A stretch of 64,000 nt of DNA from the NCBI GenBank assembly GCA_034780895.1, contig JAUZTB010000087.1:85539506-85603505 (forward strand), in the 5' to 3' direction. Below the pieces are notes generated by a model, which made no database searches, was not told where the DNA came from, and worked only from the letters and a program-made list of their open reading frames with translations. The first letter of the stretch is position 1. The number at the start of each line of letters is the position of its first letter. The stretch comes from Rhynchobatus australiae (lineage: Eukaryota). Of this stretch, positions 51,400-64,000 are shown one piece after another. Both the position numbers and the translations under genes were made by a program.

Positions 51400-52525
51400 A
51401 TATCTAAGTGAGCAGATGAAGCTTGTGATTCTGATGGGCTACATGAATTTTATCAAGGCTCACATGGCAACCTGATGAGAAAAGCAAAGCCCCAAATGGT
51501 CAAAGATAAAATGGCAAGTTGGCTACTGACTCAGAGACAAAGGATAATGCTCAATGGGAGTTTTAGGGACAGGAAGGCTGTATGAGGTGGGGCTCTCCAG
51601 GGATCTGTTTCTTGCTTGTATATGCAACAGTTCACTGATTTGGACTTAAATTTAGGAGTCAGGATTAATAAGTCTGCCAATGATACCAAAATGGTCAGAG
51701 TAGTTAATGGTGGGGCAGAAAGCTGTAGATTGTAAATCAATGATCTAGTCATATCAATCCAGAAAAGAATGGTGTAATCCTTTTGAAGAGGGCAAATAAG
51801 GTAAGAAAATGCACAATAAATGGTAAGATTTTGAATGGTGAAGGGAAATAGAAGGATCTTGGAGTCCACAGATTCTTGAGACTAACAGGGCAAGTAGATA
51901 AAAGGTGATTAAGATGACATATAGGATCCATGCCTTTTCGAGAGAAAGCATAGAACATAAAGACAGGGAGATCATACCAGAGATGGATAAAACAATAATT
52001 GGGCCAGATTACTACATAGGGTTCTAGCCACAACACAGAAAAGATGCAATACGTTGAGAGGCGATTTAGAAGAATGTGATTTGGGTCAGATAAATTCTGT
52101 CATGAAGAAAAATTGGATAGATTGCAATTGCTTATTTTGGAAAAGGGGAAGCTGAGGGAAGAATGAAGTATGATCAATGACATTATAAGAGGGCCAGAGG
52201 GGGTGAATAGGAAAGCCCTTTTTCCATTAGTAGAGAGATCAGTATCTAAGGGGCTTGGATTTACTTTAATAAACTGACAGATTAAAGAGGAGTTGAGAAA
52301 CACCTGAAAAGATGATCAGGGGCCTGGAACTTAATGCTTAAAATAGGGGCAGTGACAGAAATCCTCTTCACTTTTAATTAACTAGATGAGCACTTGATAT
52401 GCCATATCCTATAAAGTTACAGACCAAGAGCTGGGAAGCAGGATTTGTCTGAATAGATTTTATCAGCTACCAAGGAAGCAGTGGACTGCATGGCCTCTTA
52501 TGCTGCAAATATCTATAGTTCTATG
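51400..52525 (+). mobile_element. Decayed CR1 LINE 3' portion
   Basis: Remnants of WLTDRKQR-, VPQGSV- and KFADDTK-like motifs (AAGTCTGCCAATGATACCAAAA), plus a CR1-type tail. Confidence 0.75.
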
Positions 52526-52659
52526 ACTCAATATCCTTGTGATTTTAGTATTATCTCCCAGTTGTTTACTTTGCTCATCCCTTTGTAAACCTATTCCTAT
52601 CCAGATTCTCCATTTGTCAGTTATACAATAGATCTCCTGTGAGGGAGTTTATCCTGATC

Positions 52660-53030
52660 ATAGAGACAAAGGCATACAACATGGAAACAGGCCCTTCAGC
52701 CCATCGAGTCTACACTGACCATCAACCACCCTTTTACATTAATCCTACATTAATCCCATTTTTTATTCTTTCCACGTTGATTCCTCTCATTATTCTCAAA
52801 AATTTCCCTCTGATTCTACCACTCACCAAAAAAATAGGGGCAATTGATAGCTGCCAATTAACCTACCAACCAGCACATTTTTGGGATGTAGGAGGAAACC
52901 AGAGCAGCCAAAGGAAACACACGTTAACAGGGAGAACCGGCGAACTCCACAGACGGAATCCTAGGTCAGGACTGAACTTGAGTCTCTGCGCTGTGGGGTA
53001 ATGGCTCTACCAGCTGTGCCACTGTGCCAT
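52660..53030 (-). mobile_element. HE1/V-type SINE
   Basis: TTTTGGGATGTAGGAGGAAACCAGAGCAGCC (reverse V domain) and a tRNA-like head at the right end. Confidence 0.8.
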
Positions 53031-55949
53031 TCCATATAACAAGAGAAGAGGTACTTCAGATTTTAGAAGAGATTGAAAAAGTTAGAACTCTCCTTCTTAG
53101 AACAGGAAAGGTTAAGAGATGGTGTAATTAGAAGTTTACAAACTCATGAGACTACTTGAGAGTGTAGATTAGGGAGTTCAACAGGTGTGGATAAGAACAT
53201 TACAGAGTTATGGACAAAAGGTGAGGTTGTCAAATTAAGCACAATTTTTCTGCCTTTTCCTTGTTCTCCTTCCCAGTTTATTTGTGAATAACTCAAGTCC
53301 CCCATGATTTTGTGTTCAATCACCTGGATTTACCTACATATTTCTTCCTCTACGTCATTTGCGCTGTATGGTGAAAGTGTGGCATTCCATCCCTATCCTG
53401 TATTTCAATCCATTTAGATTCTGTTTGCATCTTTTATTAATGAAGTCCTTTCTAGCTGCTGTTATTTCTTAACAAATTAACAAAGCAACCCCAAATTTCT
53501 TCCTTCTGTTTTTCCAGGAAATAAATGTAGCCTTCAATATTTAGCTAACCTGTTATCTAACTAACCTGTTATCTAACTCACCTTTTTACAGCCGATATTT
53601 TTGTTACCTGCTTCCTCAGTTATGATTACAGTCTCCATTCTCCTACTTTGTTGTTCATGGTGTGTAGTGCTACACGTACAATTTAATATGCTCTTAGCTT
53701 TCATTACAACTGTTTTATTTGTGATATTTTATTGTTTCCTATAATCATATATATTCCCTAGTATCTATTATAGTCACACACTTTTGTACTCTGACCTTTG
53801 GTCTCGTTTCAAACTTTCTTTTTCTGAGCTTTAGACTACTATTATTTTTTCTCATCTTGTTATGCTCAATCAGTTTTTCTTTTCATTCCAGGTTCTGGGA
53901 ATAAAATGAAATATGTTGCAGTGTACAACAGTTCAGCCAGTTCTGTTTTTTTGGTTTCAATGAAGGATGCATACCTGAACCATCATAACCAGACTTTTGA
54001 CTTTATAGATATGGATTGAGCTGCTGTGCGAGTCAAACTTTTTCTGTTCTTAGTTTACATTTTTAGCATTGGCATGCTCTTTTTTGATCCAAAAATCTTA
54101 TTTGCATCAAATAGTTGAACTTATGGAATAATTTGCAATATTGCACATCAAGTTTCAAATAATTTAGGATCCAACCAAGCTACAAAAACATAGCATAACT
54201 ATAGCATCATACCCTCATTAATGTTATTAATTTTTTGCATGAAAATTGGAAAATTATATCTGGACTTTCATTAGGAAGTAAATCAATAAATGGGAGCACA
54301 TTTTCTAAAATTTAATTTTAGTGCATTGCAGGTGTAGCCACTCATATGCAATGTACAAAATCACTTGAGTGCTGTTTTATGTTCCCAATCGCTGGATTAA
54401 CAGCAGGAAGTACACCACCATGAAGGAAGGAATTTATTTCTTATAATTTTGCAGGGCTGGTATTCCTAATCTTACAAAATGATAGCATGAAATACTGCTC
54501 ATGGAAACATTCCTGTCACCCACAGCAACAGTCTATTGGAACAAGAAATGCTGCTGAAGAGGAGGAGTGTGGCAATGAAATTTAGGAGATAAATAAGTCT
54601 AACTGAAAGGATAATAAAGTGTGAGGATTAACTGCACAAGGGGGACGGGGTACAAAGGTGTCACCCTTAACTGAAGGCAGATGAGGGAAGGAAAAGGAAA
54701 TATCAGTGTAAAACGTGGCAGAGAAGTTAAAAGCCTCCTGTGAACGAGGGATGAGGAGCAGATGGAAAGGCAGCGCATCTGCAAACTCTGGGAAGTAAGT
54801 TAAATAATTCCTTCACGTCACAGAGTCAACCATGCAAGGAATTTCAAAGCAATTATCATTAGTTTGAAAAACAGCAGAATAAATACAACATCATAAAAAT
54901 TAAATATTTCCCAGGAAATAATGAGATTATTTCTGCATTTTATTTACCAAAAATCTTACAAGAAGTTTTTTGAACACTTGGTGTGGAGCTGCTGCTTCAG
55001 TTATGACAAGCCTGCACCTCATTAACTTTCACAGTAACTGTAAGTCACAATTTATGTTCAGGGGTACTTCTCAGGTTGTGTTTGTGGGGCTGGCTCAACA
55101 TCTTTGATCAACTTTTGTCACTATTCCAGGTTGGCTAGGCTTCCGATCCCTGCCACTGGTCATAACCTGATCTGCTGGTTCATTCTGTGATACAGATGAG
55201 TATCTCTGATCAGTAATTCCCATCTACAAAAGTGTATCATATCCTGAACTGAAGCGGTATCAGACAGCCAATACTATCAGTATGGACATGAGGAGCCCAT
55301 TAAGCAGGTAATGTTATAGTGTGTAGTAAGGATGATTATAGGTTAACAGTGTCTTTCTGAACAGGGTAAGGGGGTGGGGTGGGGGTGCAGGTGCAGAATG
55401 GCTCCTGTAGTAGTTTTCGGGTGTTTCTCAGGTTGGTCTGTTGAATGCAGCCTAGAGCCAAATGGCCAAAAGTTACATTTTTCATGATGCTTTTTAGTTT
55501 AATTCTTTTAAAAAACTTTGTTATGAACTATTCAAAAAGGACTAAATTGCTGCTAAACATTCATGTAAAATTGCCCTTTAATTTGCACTTGTAGCAGTTG
55601 CAAATTTGTTGTGTGTCTGCACCAAGGTGAAATACAACAATTCTGAGAACGATTAAGTTCATGACGATAGAATACGAAGTCTCCAAATCAAAGAAACTGT
55701 ATAGAACAAAGACTCAAAGGGGCCAAGGACTGCAGTCCACTGTTCACTTTATGGCGAGTTTACTCGTTCAGGTGGGTTTACTCAATTTAATAAAAGTACT
55801 TCTAATTCACTAAGCACGAAATTCGAATGTTGCAGACATAATTCTGGATGCCAGTCAGTGCGATATGCTAAGTTTTAAATGCACTCCATTTAGGCCTTCA
55901 AGTGCTCTTATGATCAATATCACATCAGACAGAAATACGGGAGAGCAGG

Positions 55950-57700
55950 AATTCATCTGAGGCGGTGACATAAAAAGAATGGTTTCAAATCGATCGCCTA
56001 CGAATCTGCAGCGCCCGCCTTTTAGTTCCACGGGGTGCATATCTTTACTTTAAACGGCAAGGGGGATATTCTGGTAATTATGCTGTAAAAGTCGCATGGG
56101 GCCTTCATTTTATAGGACATGAGCTTTTTTAAAAAAAATATGCATTTCTGCAAGCAGTGGTCAGATTGAATGAAAACCACGAACGCGCATCATTCTGCAG
56201 CACAACAAATGAAACATTAAAACGCACCCAATCTGTCGTGAGTTCTAACCATTACGTAGAATTAAAAGTGTGACTTTGTTTCCCTGTCGCGCGATTTCCT
56301 TTTTCTCTGACGGAGTTGAGCAAATCGTGTTAAGAAGTCGTAAAAGTAGATTTGAAGCCCTGATTCGATGACATCTGCGCTCACTCAGGCGCCTTCCGAA
56401 TGTTTGTCGACGCGTTTTCCGTGGTTCGCAGAGCTGCGCAGCCCAAACACACATGACGATGGTTATCGCATTGATCTCCGCAGGGTACAAGCTAGTTAGG
56501 ATTAACTGAGATCGTGCTGCTCCCCCGGGGCATTTGGCATCGGCGACTCGAGTCTACTGATAAAGCGCTGCTTTCGCCAGTAGCGTAGTACCTCCAGAGA
56601 CCAGAGGAGGTAAAATTAGACACCGAAAGCGACAGAGAAAAGAAACAGACATCGAGATACGAGATATAAAGAACGCGGAGACAGAAGGGCGAGGGTGTCG
56701 AAAGAGAAATTAAACAGCGAAGCAAGACGGGGGTGGGGGTGGACGCGGGGGCGGAGAAGAAAAGACAAAGGCAGGAGAGGGGAGAAAAGGGAAGGAGAGG
56801 GGAATAAAGGGAGAGGGAGGAAAAGAGGTCGGCAGGAAGAATAAAGGGACTCCGAGAAGCGAAAACAGGCACCTGGGGAAAGTCGAAACTGCCGGAGCAG
56901 CGAAAATAATGTGAAGCGAAATGAACCAGAACAAAAACCAATCCACCCGTACTAGAGCCCTGACAAGCGTCTGTTTGAGCCGGGGGGGGGGGGTGGGGAG
57001 AGGGAGAGGCGGGGGGACTGATCACATTACCTGCAGGAAATCCATAACCAAGAAAGTCAACTCATTGATTTTTCTAATAAATCTTGCGCAAACAAATGAG
57101 GACCGTATTATGCACCCTGCTTATCGGGACGCGATGTTTGCTCAACATAAAAACAAAGCTCATCAGAAATTCACACCACACAAAACGACTTATCCCCAAG
57201 CACCAGATAAGACCACCAAAATCGACGTCAGTTAAACTCCTCTTAACATTCGCTATAAAATCTGTTGTTTTATTGAAACGTGTTTCCCTGCCTTAAAAAA
57301 AGTATTATTGGCTCTAAATNNNNNNNNNNACTAATCGATATTTAAGACGTCAGAGTCGACTCGTGCTCCACTTAAAACCTGTAGCTTCATTCTGAAATCG
57401 CTTTATTACAGTAACCTACTAACAACACCGCTTAGTACTCATCGGCACTGGCGATCACGTGTTGACATTTTGAATGATGAAATTAACAGCAGTTTTTAAA
57501 AGCATACTTTGAATAAGTAGGGAACAATCTTAATTTTAACTTCAGGCTGAACTTTAAGTGAACTGTTGAAGCCGCGAAGTCGGTTGCCCCAGAAAACTGC
57601 GGCGCCAGCAATAATTTTATTTCAACAGTAACAGGCTATAACTGGGTGACCTCTTAAACAATAACAACGTTAGGGATTTCACTGAGGAGGGTAGCTACGT
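55950..57700 (-). promoter_or_regulatory. CpG-rich region: candidate proximal BCOR promoter / non-coding exon 1
   Basis: Sharp rise in CpG; purine-rich tract 56620-57020; CRE-like GACGTCA (57224, 57347), ATTGG (57307), CACGTG (~57456); candidate minus-strand donors at 57030 (CAG|GTAATG) and 56384 (TGA|GTGAGC). About 15 kb upstream of the ATG exon. Confidence 0.65.
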
Positions 57701-60700
57701 TTGACAACCAACAGTTAATATTCATTGAAAATTATTCTACACCGATTAATTAGATATACCTAGTCAGTGCTAATGTTGTTTATAGGTGTTTAGTGCTTCA
57801 TTTTTAGCAGTTCTCTTCCAGTATACACAATTGTATGCAGTTTTCCCCCTTTTCATGCTTAGACAGCTGATACTCGACTCCCCCCTCTGGTGGCAAGTTA
57901 TAATGTTGATACCGAGTAAAATAGGCCACATAACCAACTAGTGATATAGTTGGGATAGTTACAATAACTTATTAATGTGGTAAAGCAAGACTGTAAATTT
58001 CATAATGAAATAGGTTGGTCGACCACATGCGGGAGGTTGGCGCCGACATTTCTCAGTCCGCAGAGATTAAAGGCATTACCAATATCGCATCGTCACCAAC
58101 AACACTACCATGGACGTCTATCGTTTCTTGAACTGAAAGGTTACATCGCCAGAAATCTCAAATCATTGATACGATGTGCATTTCATCTAGTAGGATCAGC
58201 TGTTCAAACGTGGATCAGATAATAATCACTATTTAGATGTTTCAGCTAAAATAGTGCATTGTTTGTCAATGTTATTAAATGGAAGATAGAAGTCGAAGAA
58301 TCACTCAACGGGGAGTAGTGATTAGGGAGATCCTTCATACTTATGAAGGATCATCTGTATTCCTCCCTCCCCAGAGGTTTTAATTTTATGCACGCAGCAC
58401 TGAGTAGCGTCTGGGTCTAATAACTCATAAATGCAATAGAAGGGCAGAAAGTAAAAAGACCACTATGTCAGAAGTTTGCAATGTTTTTCTATGTTGCTTC
58501 AACCAAATTTTAGTGTTTATGTTAGTACGCCATACATGTCGATTAAGGACACAGCTATATCCTTGCTTATATATACGTTTTAAAAAAATCTGCAATGGGC
58601 ACATAACACAGGCCTCCCTGTTAAGTAATGTGATCTCATGACACTATTTGTAAGTGGTACCAGCTGGTAAGTCAGTTTTGTAAATAAACGAGCGATCCCT
58701 CCGTGTCTGTAGTATAAGCATTTGTGCGGATGGATGTAGTTGTGTATTTACGCAAAATGAAGAATGTTTTAAGCTGTAAAAAAATAATGTAGCTGGGACC
58801 CATTGTCGTGTCATGTTTTATTATTAATCTGCCTCTTGGCCCTTTCAGGGAGTCAACGGCCGATTGTTGGGACTGTTTAAAACTTTCTCTACAACCACTG
58901 CGTCAATAAAACATCATTTGAGGACAGACGTGCATTTTCACCGAAGTTAACAGTCTTAGGCCTGCTTTACTGGAACCTGAACTACAGGTTCTTGCCGGGC
59001 ATTTCCTGTTTACATTGGTGAGTTTGTGCTTGGCTGTAAATTTAACTGTCCTGTTTGGAAAGAGATATCGAGCATCCTTGGATGCGTGATTGTGTAATAA
59101 CAGTTAAAAATATAAATGCTGGGGCAGCAGAAAAACGACAATTTGAAGGTGGGGTAGGATTACAACCTGAAGACTTTGCATACAGGTATATTTATGCACA
59201 CTGAACGTACAGTCCGTGCAGTGACAAACTGAACCGGTGCGGCGCTCAATTCAAACTTACAAAGTAAAGGAACCTCAAGACTCCATTTACGCCACTACCT
59301 TTACGTCAAAACGTATGAGCTTTGAGATTCTATTAAGAAAGTCACCGTGTATCTATCATCCGTGGATACAACTGCCATTTCACCCGGGCAATATCCAGAT
59401 GATAATGGCTGCGTGTTTAATTTGCTACTCGAGAGAGCGCTTGGAGGAATTAAATTTGTGGGCAGCTGCATCACCATTGTCTAAACGTTTAAATTAATTG
59501 CAGGCAAGCATAAAGGTGTCAGAAGGTCTACGAATAAGAAGGCATAAGAATCAGATTTTGACAACTGATTTGACACCACACTGAATTTACACTCCAGGAA
59601 GTCTCGCTCAGTTCTGCTCCAGTCGGGTCAGGTCACGGTTACCAATTTGCGTCAGCATTAATGTTAATGCATAAACCTTGGCATAAATGCAAAAGTTACT
59701 ATGCAAATGCACCCCTTGCACAACTTAAATTTGTTATACAGCTTCAGCCCTATTTGGCCTTGTTAGTTTGTGACATTTTCAAAATGGACAGCGATGTCAA
59801 AGGACCACGTTAGTATGAGAATATCATTAACTTTATCTTTCTTTAAATACGTTTGTTTTTATTGCTGAACATTATGTAAACATTCTTGCTATATTTATCT
59901 AGTTCTTGTGCAGACAGGGAGTAATTTAAATCGAATAAATATAACAATTTAAAGGGCCCATATCAACAGTGGAATCCAAGCAAAAAGGAGCATTTCCTGA
60001 AATAATCGACATTACAAAGTAAAACACGGAAAATGGATTTCAAGTGTGAGAAAACTAACACAGCCCAGAGACGATCCAGCTACACTGCAAACTGGCCGGA
60101 CGCCGATTAACTGCACAGCACTAATTAGCACATGGCAAGGCTGTAATCCATTGTCAGAGATAGCATTTATGTGAAATATTTTTTTCTTCTATACACTACC
60201 ATTTTTAAAATCTGTTTGCATTTCATCACTTTTTACAGTTACACAAGGGTGGAAACGGCACACAAATCGTTTTGAGCATTGGGACATTTGTACTGCAATT
60301 GACGGGGGAAGGTTATGAATGTATTTATCTGCAATGCGTAATCATAATCCATATTCACAAAAGATTATGTAGGTGCTCAATACAAGGAAGAGGGAGAAAG
60401 AGGAGAAAGGAACAGAGGAATGATTTTGCTACGATCAAAACGATAGCTATCTGGCAGTAAGAATTGAGATGGAATGTATTTTACACTTTCTGTACTATTA
60501 GGCAACATTAAACATTGATGAGTCAGGTATTGTAAGTTTTAATTCCACACTCTATCACCAAATTGTTGCAAGCTTACGTAATGGGTGTGCAATTGATATT
60601 GCTGAAATTCAAAAGCACAACTTGTATTTTGAGAGAAATTTAGACATATTGTCTTCAAAGGAAAACAATAGAGTATATATACAATTAATGGATTTCATAC

Positions 60701-62399
60701 TAACCATGGGTTACTTAAAATATTAGTAGTAACTAATATTAAGGTCTATGTAGTATGGAGCAGTAATGTGTGTACCTTATAAAGTAACTCAGTGACTAAT
60801 TCTAGGTGATGATATTAGTCATATAGGTATAAATAACATCTTCTCTCCCTATTCCATCATCCACGTGACTCCACACAACAGAAAGAGATTATAATTACCA
60901 ATGATCCCCTTGTAAATTACTCCCTATATATACAAAATTGACTATTAAATGTCGTAGAGCAGGTTGACATGAGGTCATCAGTAAATGGAATTTTATGATT
61001 ATGTACAATAGTTTGACTATAAATTGGTAAACTTAATCCAAAATGGACAAATAGATAATTAGAACTGGGATATAATTTGATTAAGATAGACAGCACAGAA
61101 TTCCAGTGTTTAAACTGATTTGGGACACAAATGGGAATGGCTATTTACAGAGCAACTCAATGGTAAATAAGAGAGACACAGGGTCTTATTCACTTTTTTT
61201 TACAGCTGCTTGTTGAAAAAGTCAAAGTACATTTTTGTTAAATCGGTTGTTCGGTAAACTTCACTCATCTATCTGCTTTCTCTACATACCAACAACATGG
61301 AGATCTGTATTTATTCTGTCATAAAAATTGTCAGCTTGGCTCAAAAGAAATGTAAACTGTTGCATTTCAATCTCCTATCCAGCCAATTAATATTTTAAAA
61401 CCTCCATATCTATATTATGGTTTTCTATGATGGCATATTTGTGAACTAGCTACATCAAGTACATGAAGTAATGATATTGAAAAATGTAAAGTCTACCATT
61501 GGGAAATTTTCCCACTGGTTAACTTACCTGACCAACAGACTGAAAACGATCAAGCATTTAGTCAAAACTGGCAAGGTCTAATTAGTTTTATTTGCAGGAC
61601 CACACAGAGACATTCTTATTTCACTTCCTGGCTCTTGTCTTTTTGGTACGGTCATGTTATTATGTAGGATAATAATCAGAAACCCTTAACTTGCAGATAA
61701 TATTTCTGTAAAGACTGCACTTTTACTTCGAAAAATAACTGGTACATTCTCCCATTTATACGTTTCAGTACAAATCAAATGTTAAGAACAGAAGGTGTTA
61801 CAACCTGCTGTTTTTCAATTTTTAATATCCATTAGATTGTTGGCAATGTTCGGCATGATGCTCAAGTTCCAGAAAAATATTTTACACGGGTAAACAACAA
61901 CAAATCACCAATTTAAAAGCCTAATATATCCTTAAACTAATAATATAGACAGGTATCGGAAAAACAAACCGGATAGCATGTCATTCATTACTGTTAATGA
62001 GTTTTTTTCCCAAAGTCCGTTCACGTTAAACACAAATGGAATTAACACAACGTAAATTAAATTAAGTCACAGCACCATATTCTTAACTCTCTCTTGGGAG
62101 CAAGTTGCATGTCACGTTATACGAGTGGAGAAAAAAATGCATTGCTGGGAAGTACCGTGGTTGGCTCTAAAATCGCTCTGCTTGCATTAAAAAACTCAAC
62201 TATCAAAACGGTGTTATTTCTCTAACCATGTGCAGGCTGGCACATGTAGATTATCCAGTGGATTGCTTCCCGTACCTTTTTTTCTGGCTAGATAAACAGA
62301 CCGATTACGTCGTGGGGAAATTGCTAGAATTTATTATAGGACGAGTTATCTTGCCGATCTACCCTGGTAATTATTACACATGGCAACCAGTTCAGGGCT

Positions 62400-63800
62400 G
62401 TTTGACAGCTGAAAGCGATACATAACTTTGGGGAAAGAAGAGTGTACCCGGACACATCACGTGCAGCCCAGTGAGAAATGACCTTGAGGGCTGGTCCGTA
62501 AACACATGTAACCTTTGTTCCAATCTGCTCGCGGGATCAAATTGCCGGTTTGGAATAAAAGGGGAAACACCGGGGGAAATTTCACTTTCAGTGTCTGACC
62601 GATAAGTTTGATGAAAATCTACACTTGTTTCTAGCGAATTGGTTCGAGGGGCTTGAGCACGGCAAAGAGACCAAGCCTTTTCTCAATTGATGGACTTGCT
62701 CCGAAGTTTCATCTGATCGCTTTCTTTATACATTTACTCGCGGAAAACGTTGATTCTTGGCAGTTTAAAATGGCGGCAACCCGCAGTTAACTAGACTCTT
62801 ATATAAGTCCATATTTACAATTTCAGAAGTGGGGGGGGGGGTATTTTTCCGTTGGCCACTAGGCGAAGCAGAAAGTTGCAGATGTGTAAAGTTGTACCGG
62901 AAGGCTTTGGTAGAGCGGAAGGTACAGAGCAGAGCTTAAAGAAATAATTTTCTCCTTTTGACACTTGAATTCTTGGACGTTACGCGGAACCAGAACTCAA
63001 CGTCCGGAGAGGCGGCCCCTGTTGAGCTCCAGCCACTGTGGGGTGAATGCTCGACGGCGAGGCTGCCTTGCAATAAACTCAGTCGGTCAGCGAGAATCCG
63101 GCCGGATTCATTATGATCAATAAACCAGGTGGACGTGGGGGCGTGTGGTTATTGATGGGTTTGCAGCTATTGCTGCTGAACATTTCATTACCGACCAGTC
63201 TCACTCTGCCCTGTGATGAGATTAACTTTAACGACAGGACTTTCTCCATTCCGCACAGACTCCGCGCCATTTTAGAAGCAGCTCCTACTCGCCAGACACA
63301 ACGAAGCTCAGCTCCATGGGGACTGAGTTCATTTTCCGGCTGCGCTGCCCTCCCTTCACCGCAACAGTGTAATCGCGATCCTCGCGCTCTCGCTGAATGT
63401 GTTGCATGCCCCCTTTAAACAGGATAATCAGATTCACAATGAAAAGCTGGTTGGCTCAAAAGCAGAGCTGCCAGTCAAGACCGCCTGAAAACAAAGATAA
63501 ATTCGAAGGGACGTTAGGAGATATTGATCGCGGATGGTTGATTTTTGCATAATTGTGGAAGGCAGGCAACTAGCTGTATTCCCCTTTGACGAAGCAACAG
63601 ATTAGTCGGCAAGATCGATTAGCGGAAATCCCTGGGGAAACCCGAGAGTAGTCTGCAGGACTCCACCACGAGTATCCAGCAATCTTCCTTAAAAAAGAAA
63701 AGACCTTTTGGGTGGGATTGTTCTTAAAACAGCCCTCTATTTTCTTCCAGCTAATCGAGAAGAAAATATAAACGCGGAGAGAACAAAAAAAAACTGATTG
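62400..63800. promoter_or_regulatory. Second CpG-rich region: candidate distal or bidirectional promoter
   Basis: YY1-type AAAATGGCG on both strands (62767+, 63273-), ETS CCGGAAG (~62897) and a GC/KLF-like GGGGGCGTGTGG (~63137). Confidence 0.55.
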
Positions 63801-64000
63801 TTAAAGGGGGAATACGAGATATGATATGCTGGAGGTCAATTGGGACATCAATCAACTGGATTTCAGACTTTGTTGAGACCAACTTTAAAGAGATGAGCTG
63901 GAGTCAACAGAACCTTGTTACAGCGAGAGCTATAAACCGAGCTTGAATTTTATTCATCTCCCAGCCCAGTAAACCTCAAAGTGACTATTATGCAATTCCT

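Noticed and set aside
53545-53576. 16-bp tandem duplication CTAACCTGTTATCTAA
   Set aside because: Ordinary slippage duplication with no further structure.
56492-57025. 177-aa minus-strand ORF in the CpG island
   Set aside because: Arises from a stop-poor CT-rich tract, has a non-ATG start and no homology to BCOR or any known domain.
63113-63418. 101-aa ORF with a signal-peptide-like stretch (VWLLMGLQLLLLNISLP)
   Set aside because: No recognisable domain or exon structure; short ORFs are expected by chance in GC-rich promoter DNA. Cannot be excluded without expression data.

Overview
Vertebrate genomic DNA from a gapped draft assembly. The repeat complement (HE1/V-type SINEs, Deu-domain SINEs, CR1, Rex1/Babar-like LINEs, Penelope-like elements) points to a cartilaginous fish, probably a ray; this is inference. 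The window is dominated by the BCL6 corepressor gene BCOR on the minus strand. Coding exons 2-10 were traced by hand with canonical GT-AG splice sites and continuous frame, from the ATG at 41598 to the start of the first ankyrin repeat at 2131. The acceptor of exon 3 is lost in an N-gap, and exons 11 onward lie left of the window. Two CpG-rich, repeat-poor zones (~55.9-57.7 kb and ~62.4-63.8 kb) are candidate promoters or non-coding first exons. The most unexpected feature is an intact 108-nt, phase 1-1 EGF-domain exon on the PLUS strand inside BCOR intron 6 (26943-27050). It resembles EGF1 of VWA2/AMACO, and no partner exons are visible. The introns also hold short, target-site-duplication-flanked fold-back Penelope termini carrying decayed minimal hammerhead-ribozyme motifs. 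All comparisons to human proteins and repeat consensuses are from recalled sequence; no alignment or database search was run.
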